Assembly: GCA_022574775.1 (NCBI GenBank)
Contig: JACZRI010000003.1
Coordinates: 34,308 to 98,307, forward strand
Length of the DNA: 64,000 nucleotides
Reading direction: 5' to 3'
From: Patescibacteria group bacterium
GTDB lineage: Bacteria > Patescibacteriota > Minisyncoccia > Minisyncoccales > RBG-13-36-15
Position 1 is the stretch's first letter, and each line of letters begins with the position of its first letter. Under the pieces are notes generated by a model. It was given only the letters and a program-made list of their open reading frames with translations, ran no database searches and was not told the origin of the DNA. Below, one piece after another: positions 46,509 through 55,534 of this stretch. A program made the translations under genes and the position numbers.

Positions 46509-46904
46509 TTTGGCAAAAAAGCAATTTTGTAATAGTGTTAATTTAATCGCACATCATAAATAGAAAGGAGGCATCTTATGGTTACTCTGGGAAAAATACA
46601 GATTCCAGAAACATTAAGGGAAGGAAATCAGTGTCCGGCATTGGACGGCGGAACGCTTGGTCTATTCCGGAGCTGAGGGGTGAAGTTGGGATGCAGTGTG
46701 CATCCTGAAATACACAGACGCCGACCGAGGCAACGGATAAGGAGAAAAAGCAGTTCCAAGAGCGACTAGAACAGTCCACAAGACCCTGCGTGTAGGGGTC
46801 AAACCCCGCCCGATTCAATACTTTGCAGTATGTCTGAAAAGAGCGGGTTATTTATTTACAAATTTTTTAGTATAATGATTAAAGGAGAGTGTATTTAATA
46901 AATA

Positions 46905-47219
46905 TTGACTATGGAAATATTTTGGTTGTTAGCTGGCCATTTTCTCGGGGATTTTGCATTCCAGGTTGAATGGATAAAGAGTGAGAAAGGGAAATCCTGG
47001 GAAATAAACGGCTACCACGCGATTGTGTACACAGCCACGGTTTTTGTAGTGGCTGGTATTGGTGATATTGCGTTGTCTCCTCTGGTGCTTGCGATACTTT
47101 TTACTTCCCATTTTCTCATTGATCCTTTCAAGGCAAGGTGGGGTATTATCAAGCATATTTGGATAGACCAAATTCTTCACATTGCAGTTCTTGCGGCAAT
47201 AGCCATATTTCTTTTGTAA
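46905..47219 (+). CDS. DUF3307-like membrane protein
   Basis: HFLGDFAFQ motif within the first TM helix. Confidence 0.4.
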   Translation: MTMEIFWLLAGHFLGDFAFQVEWIKSEKGKSWEINGYHAIVYTATVFVVAGIGDIALSPLVLAILFTSHFLIDPFKARWGIIKHIWIDQILHIAVLAAIAIFLL

Positions 47220-47249
47220 TAACTCAATATTTTTGTATAATTAATTTGT

Positions 47250-47444
47250 ATGAAAAGACTTTATAAGAGCAACAATAATAAGGTTTTTTTTGGTGTTATC
47301 GGAGGCATTGGAGAATATTTCAATATCGACCCTGTTATTTTGAGGATTATTTGGGTTGTAATAGTTATTTTTACGGCTTTTATTCCAGGTACCATTGCCT
47401 ATATGATTGCTATTTTTGTCATTCCTCATAGAACAAATCCTTAA
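47250..47444 (+). CDS. PspC-domain protein
   Basis: RLYKSNNNKVFFGVIGGIGEYFNIDPVILRIIWVV is the canonical PspC domain. Confidence 0.75.
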   Translation: MKRLYKSNNNKVFFGVIGGIGEYFNIDPVILRIIWVVIVIFTAFIPGTIAYMIAIFVIPHRTNP

Positions 47445-47493
47445 AGGTCGACATTCCCATAAAAGGAAATAATAATTCTAATCAGAGAATAAA

Positions 47494-47694
47494 ATGTTTT
47501 TCGGAATTATTCTTATTGTCGTGGGCGCGATTTTCCTTGCCCAGAATTTAAACCTCATTTCAGGCGATGTTTTGGGTACGTTGTGGCCGATTATTTTAAT
47601 TGCGCTCGGCGCAGGACTGTTGCTTAAAAAAAGAGGAAGTGGGCGTTGCTGGTGCTGCGCTTGGGTACATCGGGGGCGTAAAGAGTCTCAATAA
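47494..47694 (+). CDS. Small membrane protein (LiaF-like TM helix region) associated with PspC
   Basis: 2 TM helices and a Cys-rich tail. Confidence 0.35.
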   Translation: MFFGIILIVVGAIFLAQNLNLISGDVLGTLWPIILIALGAGLLLKKRGSGRCWCCAWVHRGRKESQ

Positions 47695-47709
47695 AGCACT
47701 TTCAGAAAA

Positions 47710-48225
47710 ATGAGAGATATTGTACATAGATTTTGGGTATGGTATGAAAGAAATCTTGTCCTGAATACCAGTATTGCAGCTGGTTTATTTTTATGGCAAT
47801 TGGTTCATCTTTTTTGGCTTTTTACGAACGTAGTTTTGCTGCGCCTCTTTGGAGAAAGTTATTTTAATCTTTCTGGGACCTGGGAATATGTGATTATTTT
47901 TGTTGATTATACAGAAATCCCAGCTATCTTAAGCGTTTCTTTACTCTATATCAATGACCTGAGAAAAGGTTTTCGCTGGAAGCCTGTCTGGTTTCTCCTT
48001 TTATTGAACTCCCAGTGGCTGCATCTCTTTTGGCTTACAGACGAATTTGTGGTCAGCCAGTTGATTGGTTCTGTCCGGAATCCTTTTTTACCTTTGTGGC
48101 TTGCCTGGATTGCTATTGGTGTTGATTATCTGGAATTGCCTGTCATGTACGATATCACAAAAAAGGCAATTGACGGGATTAAAAAAAAGCTGTCGAAACA
48201 AAAAAGCGCCCAAGGGAAATCCTGA
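47710..48225 (+). CDS. Hypothetical membrane protein
   Basis: Multiple TM helices; no recognised family. Confidence 0.35.
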   Translation: MRDIVHRFWVWYERNLVLNTSIAAGLFLWQLVHLFWLFTNVVLLRLFGESYFNLSGTWEYVIIFVDYTEIPAILSVSLLYINDLRKGFRWKPVWFLLLLNSQWLHLFWLTDEFVVSQLIGSVRNPFLPLWLAWIAIGVDYLELPVMYDITKKAIDGIKKKLSKQKSAQGKS

Positions 48226-48250
48226 GCGATCTTCGCTTTCCCTTTCTTAT

Positions 48251-48976
48251 TTAATTTTTCAAAATTATTTTCTTGAATCCTTCGGCAAATCTATATCCTT
48301 TTTTTTTGCCAACTCTTTTTGCCCATTCTTTAATTCTTTCCGTTGCTTCTTTCGAGACTTGGCTTTTGTGTAGCAACAAGGCTTTTATTTTTAAGTGAAT
48401 CGTTGAACTAATGTCAAGAAAAGTATCCTGTTCATCAAAGTTTATTAAATAGACTTTTTTGACTTTATGAGGTTTAAGTTTTTCTTTCTCATGGTTCGGG
48501 AATGTGAGGCGGTCGCGGGAGAGAGGATAAATTGAATCTAAAACTGCTTGGCCGCAAGCCCTGTGGTCAGGATGGTTGAGATACCCCCTTTTTTTGGAAT
48601 AAATCATAAGAGGATCCGTAGTAAAAACAATATCTGGGCGGACTTTTCTAATTATTCTTGTAACTTTTTCTTTTAGTTCAAGATTATTCTCCAACTCCCC
48701 ATCTTCGTGGCTCAAAAAGAATACCTTTTTTATTCCCAATACTTTGGCTGCTGCAAGTTGCTCCATTTTTCGAATTTTAACTAATTTTTTTTGAGTCATT
48801 TTTGGATCATCAGAGCCCTTGCTTCCATTCGTGCAGATTAAATAATAAGCCGTAGCTCCTTCTTTTACCCATTTGGCAACTGTACCCGAACAGCCAAAAT
48901 CTAAATCGTCAGGATGGGCTCCAACGGCCAGAATAATTTTTCTATTCATTGATTTTCTATATTTTTTTCCAATCAT
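48251..48976 (-). CDS. PIG-L/LmbE-family N-acetylglucosaminyl deacetylase
   Basis: AHPDDLDFGCSGT motif. Confidence 0.7.
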   Translation of the reverse strand: MIGKKYRKSMNRKIILAVGAHPDDLDFGCSGTVAKWVKEGATAYYLICTNGSKGSDDPKMTQKKLVKIRKMEQLAAAKVLGIKKVFFLSHEDGELENNLELKEKVTRIIRKVRPDIVFTTDPLMIYSKKRGYLNHPDHRACGQAVLDSIYPLSRDRLTFPNHEKEKLKPHKVKKVYLINFDEQDTFLDISSTIHLKIKALLLHKSQVSKEATERIKEWAKRVGKKKGYRFAEGFKKIILKN

Positions 48977-49056
48977 ACGAATATATTTTAAAATTTTTAT
49001 TCAACGACATAATGTTGCCATGGCGATATTATGTCGTTGAATACTCACACTTTTTC

Positions 49057-49656
49057 TTATTCAACTCTTCTTATATACTCGTGTGTCTCCGTGTTTATTT
49101 CGATGATATCTTCCTCTTTTATAAAGAGGGGAACATTTATTTTAGCTCCGGTTTCCAGGGTCACTTGTTTTTTTCCGGGCTGCGATCTCCCGCCTTTAAT
49201 ACCTGGCGGGGATTCTATGACCTTCAATTGGACTTTAACGGGCAGCGCGATATTGATCACCTTTTCTTTAAAAATTATTTGCTTAATGATTTGATTCGGC
49301 TTTAGAAAGCTGGTTTGTTCTCCAATTTGCTCCGATGTTAAATCAAATCTTTTACTTGGATCATCTTTTTTTGAAAAAAAATAGCGATGGCGGCTTGTCC
49401 CATCGGAGATTGAAGATTTTCTATCGAGGTGGGAGTATAGAAATTTTGCTTCAATTTTCGAAATATCCGCTTCGTGGAAAGTTTCTCCCTGGTGGAAATT
49501 TTTAGAAAAAACATTGCCGTTAATAAGATTCTTAATCTTGGTTTGAATAATAACCCTTCTTTGAGCCATTTTCAAAGGACGAGCCTCCAATATCTCGTAA
49601 GGTTCTTCGTCAAGAATAATTTTTACTCCTTTTTTTAAATTAGTATGAGTGAGCAC
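49057..49656 (-). CDS. efp: Elongation factor P; carries a 39 nt in-frame GC hairpin insertion (RKSSISDGTSRHR) at 49384-49422
   Basis: The KPGKG-equivalent N-terminal domain, a KOW-like fold, and OB domains II and III (PPGIKGG). The product is about 13 aa longer than typical EF-P between the FLYS and SEQIGE landmarks. Confidence 0.8.
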   Translation of the reverse strand: MLTHTNLKKGVKIILDEEPYEILEARPLKMAQRRVIIQTKIKNLINGNVFSKNFHQGETFHEADISKIEAKFLYSHLDRKSSISDGTSRHRYFFSKKDDPSKRFDLTSEQIGEQTSFLKPNQIIKQIIFKEKVINIALPVKVQLKVIESPPGIKGGRSQPGKKQVTLETGAKINVPLFIKEEDIIEINTETHEYIRRVE

Positions 49657-49657
49657 A

Positions 49658-50680
49658 TTACTTTAAAATAGTTCCTATAAAATCCGTGCGGCCTCTTAGA
49701 AAATCTTCAGAGGTTGTTGATTTTTTTCCTTCCAATTGCAATTCAGTGATTATAAGAAAATCTTTTCCTGTTTGAACTGCGATTTTGCTATCTGGGGCTA
49801 AAAAAGTTTTTCCAGGGCTCCCAAATGGTCCTTTGCTTGTCTGTTTTAAAACATTTACCTTCAAGATTTTTAATCTTAAGCATTTTTTTTCTTCACAATA
49901 AAGACAAAAACTTTCCGGCCATCCTTCAAAAGCCCTAACCTGTCTTTCAATTCCTATTGCTGGCATTTTCCAATCAATCTTCCCGTCTTCCCTTTTTAAA
50001 ATTTTTGAAAAAGTAACTTTTGAATTGTCTTGTGGAACTGGTTTTATATCGCCATTTATCCATTTCGGGATTGTTTCAACTAATAATTTTGCCCCCAAAT
50101 TCGCTAATTTATTTTCTAATTCTCTATAAGGAACCTTCAGGCTTTCTGCTTCATACTTCGTACTTGCAATTATTGGTCCGTGATCAATTTTTTCATCCAT
50201 TAAGATTATGGTTACTCCGGCTTCTTTGTCTCCAGCTAAAATTGTGTGTTGAACAGGCGATGGCCCCCGCCATCGAGGAAGTAAAGAGGGATGCAAATTT
50301 AAAGAGCCATATTTTGGAATTTCTAAGATTTCTTTGGGTAAAATTTCATTGTAGGCAGCAACAACTATTAAGTCTGGTTCATAGCCTTCAATTGTAAATT
50401 TATAATTCTTAATTTTTTCTGGTTGCAAAACAGGAATATTATATTTTTCCGCTAAAATTTTTACTGGTGGGGGAGTAAGAATTTTTTTTCTTCCTGCCGG
50501 TTTATCAGGGGCAGTGATAACGAAAACCGGTTGGAAAGGTCCATGCAAGGAGAGAGAAAAAGAGGACACATATGGAGAGAGAACAAAAGAAGGGATATAC
50601 TCAATAAGCTTTTTTAGGATAGTTGCTCCAAATTCCGGCGTTCCCAGAAAGATAATTTTTAGATTTGTTTTGTTTTTCAT
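49658..50680 (-). CDS. fmt: Methionyl-tRNA formyltransferase, with a CT-rich low-complexity insertion near the N-terminus
   Basis: IIFLGTPEFG, the SLLPRWRGPSP formyltransferase motif, and a C-terminal domain. Confidence 0.8.
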   Translation of the reverse strand: MKNKTNLKIIFLGTPEFGATILKKLIEYIPSFVLSPYVSSFSLSLHGPFQPVFVITAPDKPAGRKKILTPPPVKILAEKYNIPVLQPEKIKNYKFTIEGYEPDLIVVAAYNEILPKEILEIPKYGSLNLHPSLLPRWRGPSPVQHTILAGDKEAGVTIILMDEKIDHGPIIASTKYEAESLKVPYRELENKLANLGAKLLVETIPKWINGDIKPVPQDNSKVTFSKILKREDGKIDWKMPAIGIERQVRAFEGWPESFCLYCEEKKCLRLKILKVNVLKQTSKGPFGSPGKTFLAPDSKIAVQTGKDFLIITELQLEGKKSTTSEDFLRGRTDFIGTILK

Positions 50681-50684
50681 AGAG

Positions 50685-51158
50685 CTATTTCACAATTCTC
50701 CATTCAATTTCTTCTTCCTTGCCTGCGAATTCCAACCAACTGTTGCTTTCATCAATGACATACCATTTCCTCTTTGTTTCTGACCAGACCATTGGATTTC
50801 CCTGAAAATATGGTTTTTTTATAATTTCTTTTGGCTTCAACCTGTCCAATTCCAACCACTTTTTAAAGACAGTTTCAATTGCATAATCTAAATTTCGTGA
50901 TTTTGCCCATTCAGCAACTTTCGTAATTGCTTTTTTTGCTTTTCTTGCAGACCCTGCTAATTCTAAAAGCTGTTTTGCAGGTCTTGTAAATCTGGAATAA
51001 ATTATTTTTTTCTTTTTGGCGTCTTTTTTGATCAGATCCAAGGTCAACCCTTTGCTGTAAAAATAATGATTAACAATTTTTTGGATAGCAGTTTCCTCAC
51101 GCCTTTTTGCCAGAGATTTTTCCTTTCTTTTCACTTTTTCGCTTTTGGTTTTTGCCAT
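50685..51158 (-). CDS. Hypothetical highly basic protein
   Basis: Lys/Arg-rich N-terminus; the C-terminal YFQGNPMVWSETKRKWYVID has no recognised family. Confidence 0.35.
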   Translation of the reverse strand: MAKTKSEKVKRKEKSLAKRREETAIQKIVNHYFYSKGLTLDLIKKDAKKKKIIYSRFTRPAKQLLELAGSARKAKKAITKVAEWAKSRNLDYAIETVFKKWLELDRLKPKEIIKKPYFQGNPMVWSETKRKWYVIDESNSWLEFAGKEEEIEWRIVK

Positions 51159-51303
51159 TGCTATATATTAAAATAATAACCTATTTCAAGGTCATTTTAA
51201 AGAGGAGAACATCAATCTTCATTATCTGCTAAAATATAAAAAAACCATCATCGTTTGCCGATAATGGTTCTTTGGAGATTTTCTAAGAAAATCAAGCGCC
51301 AGT

Positions 51304-52167
51304 TTATTCTTCAAATTCTATCGCAATAGCGGTTGCCTCTCCGTGTTCTATATGCCTTTCTTTTTCTTTTTTCTCAAAATTTCTCGTTTCCTCTAAGATA
51401 CCCTTCAGGCTTCTTTGTTTATAGAGTGCTATCATTTCTTTTGCTAAGAATTCTTCATTTCCAGGATCAAGCAAAAGTGGCAATAAGCCATCACTGAAAA
51501 GTATTAAAAGTTTGAGATTTTCTAAAGGAATTATTAATCTTTGCCAGCATTTTTCAAATAGAGCTTGACCATTTAAAAGGCCATAACCTGTTGGCTGATT
51601 GATTTGATTGATATCTCGAAGCCGAAGACTAGAAAGGGGTTTGTGAAATTTTACCCAAGTTTCTCGACGATCTTGAATGCCCTCAGTTTGTTGAATGATT
51701 CTCCAAGTTTCCCGAATTTCTACCTCATGCAAAGAGGCTTGATTTTTGGTGAATCCTATTCTTCCTTTATTTGTAATCCAAATTGCGAAGCAATCACCTG
51801 CCTGGATGATATCTATGTTATTTTGGCTTAATCTTGCTACTACAATACAGGCTCCAGCGAGGAGATCTGCTCGATCTAAAGGGATACCGTGTTCAGATTG
51901 GATAATTCCAACTTGTTTATTGGCATGTAGGAGAATTTTCTCAAGGGTTTCATCATTGTTTGCCGAGTATAGAGCTTTAAGGATTTCTTGTCGGACCATT
52001 TGTCCGCCGCTCATTCCATTAAAAAGGGGCCGCTTCATTTCATGATGAAAAGGAGCGCTTAGTCCATCAATTACCCCAACGAGTGGTAGGTTTACACAAA
52101 GGCCATCTTCTTGGTCTTCAGCTGTTCCCTGGCTGTAAATCGTTTCAATCCTCTTAATATTTGACAT
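51304..52167 (-). CDS. PP2C-family Ser/Thr protein phosphatase-like protein
   Basis: VIDGLS, GDCFA and SDGLL motifs at the PP2C metal-binding positions. Confidence 0.45.
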   Translation of the reverse strand: MSNIKRIETIYSQGTAEDQEDGLCVNLPLVGVIDGLSAPFHHEMKRPLFNGMSGGQMVRQEILKALYSANNDETLEKILLHANKQVGIIQSEHGIPLDRADLLAGACIVVARLSQNNIDIIQAGDCFAIWITNKGRIGFTKNQASLHEVEIRETWRIIQQTEGIQDRRETWVKFHKPLSSLRLRDINQINQPTGYGLLNGQALFEKCWQRLIIPLENLKLLILFSDGLLPLLLDPGNEEFLAKEMIALYKQRSLKGILEETRNFEKKEKERHIEHGEATAIAIEFEE

Positions 52168-52274
52168 TCTTCACCTCCTTAGAAGTATTTACCGAAGTTA
52201 AAGAACTATTACTATATTACATATTTGAGTAGTTTTGTCAAGATTTAAATCTTTTCGAATTTGTGATATCTTAA

Positions 52275-52877
52275 ATGAAAATGAGAACAAAACACAGAAT
52301 CTTTATTGCTATTAATTTCCTTCCAGAAATAAAAAAGGAGTTCCTTTTTTATCAGAAGAAATGGGAAGATTTACCGGTTCGATGGACGAAAAAAGATAAT
52401 TTACACTTAACTTTGGTTTTTATCGGCTCTGTGGAGGATGAAGGTTTACTAAAAATCCTTGAAACTGCAAGGGAAGTAGCGAAAAATTCCCAACCTTTTT
52501 CAATACATTTTCAAAGAATTCTTCTTGGTCCGCCTGACAGAACTCCTCGAATGTTTTGGGTAGAAGGGGAAAAGAATCAAGATTTGAGTGTCTTAAAAAA
52601 TAATTTAGAAAAAGAATTGTCAGAGTTAAAATTAAGACGAGAGCTTCGAGAATTCAAAGTCCATATTACCATAGGAAGAATTAAAATATTAGAATGGCGC
52701 CAGCTTCAAAAGAAACCAAGAATTGAAGAAAAAATCTCCTTAACGGTATCGGTAAATTCTATTGAAGTTATGGAGAGTAAATTAAAACCAACTGGGCCGG
52801 ACTATTTTGTTTTAGAGTCAATCAAGCTTGGACCCCTTTCTTTTTCAAAAAAGAAAGGTGATCCCCCGGTACTATAA
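52275..52877 (+). CDS. thpR: RNA 2',3'-cyclic phosphodiesterase (ThpR/LigT, 2H family)
   Basis: Two H-x-T/S-x motifs (HLTLVF and HITIGR). Confidence 0.65.
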   Translation: MKMRTKHRIFIAINFLPEIKKEFLFYQKKWEDLPVRWTKKDNLHLTLVFIGSVEDEGLLKILETAREVAKNSQPFSIHFQRILLGPPDRTPRMFWVEGEKNQDLSVLKNNLEKELSELKLRRELREFKVHITIGRIKILEWRQLQKKPRIEEKISLTVSVNSIEVMESKLKPTGPDYFVLESIKLGPLSFSKKKGDPPVL

Positions 52878-53091
52878 ATCCTTTCGGATTTGAGTACGGG
52901 GCTAGAATACGAAATACATACGTTATTTTACAAGATGCTCGCCCCGTACCATGCGAACGCAGTGAGAATTGGTACTGGGGCAACCTCCAAAGAAAAAATA
53001 TAATGTTATCGCTCGCTCGGCGCCGGTAAGCCGTAGCTCGCGATATTTGTTCGAGACCTTTTTAAAAAAAGGTTCTCGAGCTCTCAAAATT

Positions 53092-54453
53092 ATGAAAAAG
53101 GTTCATTTCATTGGCATTGGAGGAATTGGGGTTTCTGCATTGGCCAGATTTTATTTGAAAAATGGGTGGGAAGTTTCAGGTTCTGATTTGGAAAGTTCAG
53201 AAACCATAACGGCGCTGGAAAAATTAGGAGTTAAAATTTTTGTCGGCAAACATAAAGTTAAAAACTTGAATCCTCAAGCTGATTTGGTTATTTACAGCCC
53301 AGCCATTAAATCGGACAATCCAGAGTTGCTGAAAGCTAAAAGCTATCCTTCGGCAAGCTCAGGATCCCGAGCAGCGTCGAGGGGTAAGTTGGAAGCTATC
53401 TCTTATCCTCAAGCTTTAGGCCAATTAACAAAGAAATATTTTACCATTGCTGTCTCTGGGACGCACGGAAAAAGCACAACCGTAGCCATGATTAGCCTGA
53501 TTTTAATAAAAGCAGGACTTGACCCAACTGTAATTTTAGGAACAAAACTTAAGGAATTCGGCAACAGCAATTTTCGAATGGGCAGCAAACTGCCAACTAC
53601 TAAATATAAACTGCCTTTTCTGGTGATTGAGGCTGATGAATGGGGAGCATCTTTTTTGTATTTTTGGCCAAAGATTATTGTTTTGACCAACATTGAGAAA
53701 GAACACCTCGATTATTATAAAAACTTAAACCATATTTTGAAAACTTATAAAAAATATATTTCCCATTTGCCAAAAACCGGCGTTTTGATAGCAAATAGAG
53801 ATGACCAAAATATAAAAAAAATTATAAGAAAAGAAAAAACGTCATTTTATTCTCTAAGCGATACGGAAGCAAAGAAATTAAAAAATATTTTGGAAGTTCC
53901 GGGAGTTCACAATATTTCTAATGCTCAAAGCGCCTTGACAACTGCCAGAGTTCTAAAAATCCCAGATAGGATCTCTTTTAAAGCTCTTTCAGAATATAAA
54001 GGAGCCTGGCGACGGTTTGAGATTTTTACTAAATATCTAGCAGCTCGGCCCTATACCTTAATTTCAGATTATGCTCATCATCCAACAGAGATAAAAGCTA
54101 CCCTTCAAGCCGCCAGAGAAAAATTTAAGGGAAGAAAAATATGGGCTGTTTTCCAGCCCCATCAATATCAAAGAACATATTATTTTTTTAAAGATTTCGT
54201 TAGAGCTTTTGATTTGGCAGACGAAATTATCTTAACTGAAATTTATCAGGTTACAGGAAGAGAGGAAAGAAAAATTTTAAGAAAAGTCAGCGCTAGAAAA
54301 TTAGCAGTAGATATTAGAAAAAGAAGGAAAAAAGTCCACTTTGTTAAAGATTTTGAGAAAATCCCAAAATTTATTAAAACAAGAGTCAAAGGAAAAGATG
54401 TTGTTTTAGTAATGGGAGCAGGAGACATTTATAAGATAATCGACTTTTTATAA
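53092..54453 (+). CDS. murC: UDP-N-acetylmuramate--L-alanine ligase MurC; carries an in-frame GC palindromic insertion at about 53343-53384 (SASSGSRAASRGK)
   Basis: IHFIGIGGIGVSALA, GTHGKSTT, and the Mur ligase middle and C-terminal domains. The track ORF extends upstream to 52969, but the likely start is MKKVHFIG. Confidence 0.8.
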   Translation: MKKVHFIGIGGIGVSALARFYLKNGWEVSGSDLESSETITALEKLGVKIFVGKHKVKNLNPQADLVIYSPAIKSDNPELLKAKSYPSASSGSRAASRGKLEAISYPQALGQLTKKYFTIAVSGTHGKSTTVAMISLILIKAGLDPTVILGTKLKEFGNSNFRMGSKLPTTKYKLPFLVIEADEWGASFLYFWPKIIVLTNIEKEHLDYYKNLNHILKTYKKYISHLPKTGVLIANRDDQNIKKIIRKEKTSFYSLSDTEAKKLKNILEVPGVHNISNAQSALTTARVLKIPDRISFKALSEYKGAWRRFEIFTKYLAARPYTLISDYAHHPTEIKATLQAAREKFKGRKIWAVFQPHQYQRTYYFFKDFVRAFDLADEIILTEIYQVTGREERKILRKVSARKLAVDIRKRRKKVHFVKDFEKIPKFIKTRVKGKDVVLVMGAGDIYKIIDFL

Positions 54454-54971
54454 ATGTCGCCTGCTAGGTATTGACAGACCTTGGTAATAAAGAGAAAATA
54501 GAATAAAGGTTATAAGTTGTAAATTCGCCACGTATTTTATGTCAACTGCAGTCTTGGGGATAGTTGTGGCAGTGGTGGTGATCGCAATCGTGGGTTATTT
54601 CCTGGTAAGAAAGAAGGGAAAGAAATCTTCCCAGGGACCGGAAACACCCTCATCTCCACCTTTTCAGCCGCCAACGTCCTAAATAAAAACTAAGCACTAA
54701 GCATTACGAACTAACAACTATTTTATGGATTGGCCATTAATTATTTTTGTTTTGGCAGTTATTAGCATTTCTCTTGGTTATTGGTGGTATCGCCGAAAGA
54801 ACAATAGAATTCCTCCTTCCACAGAAAGCTGAAGCTAAGTTGAATCTTTTAAGCTATTAGAAAGCAGTGAATTTCTGCTTTTTTGTTTTGGAAAATAAGT
54901 AGGCTTGCATTTTTTAATTTATCAGTTATTATGTGTATAGTTCTTACTATGCTTTTTCAAGGAGGGATAAT

Positions 54972-55430
54972 ATGGGAGTGTATACGGTGGAACGAGAAAT
55001 TCCAGTGCCTGATGGTCCTCACGTTTGGCTTAATCTAAATCAGCTGATTAATGGAGTTATCGCAGAGTCTGATTTCCGAGAAGGATTTGTCATAATTCAA
55101 ACAAAACATACAACTACTGGCCTGTTGATCAATGAAGATGAAAGAGGATTTAAGAATGATTTACTTCGCCGCTTAACGAAAATGGTTCCTGATGATGAAT
55201 ATTATGAACATGATGATTTTACGAAGAGGACAGAAAACATTGGTCCTGACGAAAGGAAGAATGCAGTAAGTCATATCAGAGCTTCCTTTTTACAGACATC
55301 TCTGTCTCCTATAATCTTTAAAAACCGTCAGCTGCAACTTGGAACTTGGCAATCAGTTTTATTTGTCGACTTTGATCCTAATGGAAGGCCATCTAGAAAT
55401 CTCGTTGTCCAGATTCATGGAGAAAAGTAA
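54972..55430 (+). CDS. yjbQ: YjbQ/UPF0047 family protein (secondary thiamine-phosphate synthase-like)
   Basis: HTTTGLLINEDE...LGTWQSVLFVDFD signature. Confidence 0.7.
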   Translation: MGVYTVEREIPVPDGPHVWLNLNQLINGVIAESDFREGFVIIQTKHTTTGLLINEDERGFKNDLLRRLTKMVPDDEYYEHDDFTKRTENIGPDERKNAVSHIRASFLQTSLSPIIFKNRQLQLGTWQSVLFVDFDPNGRPSRNLVVQIHGEK

Positions 55431-55534
55431 TATGCCTGTCGGCTAAAAGAGAGAACCTTTACGTTCTCTCTCTTTTTTTACAAGCTCTTATTCCTATTTG
55501 TTCAATAAATTGCTAAAATAAAATAACATAGAGT

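Noticed and set aside
46600-46760. Possible TPP riboswitch (CUGAGGGGUG ... CCUGAAAUAC ... GACGCC)
   Set aside because: Only a partial resemblance to the THI-box. The downstream gene is not thiamine-related, and the key ACCUGAUCUGGAUAAUGCCAGCG block is not matched.
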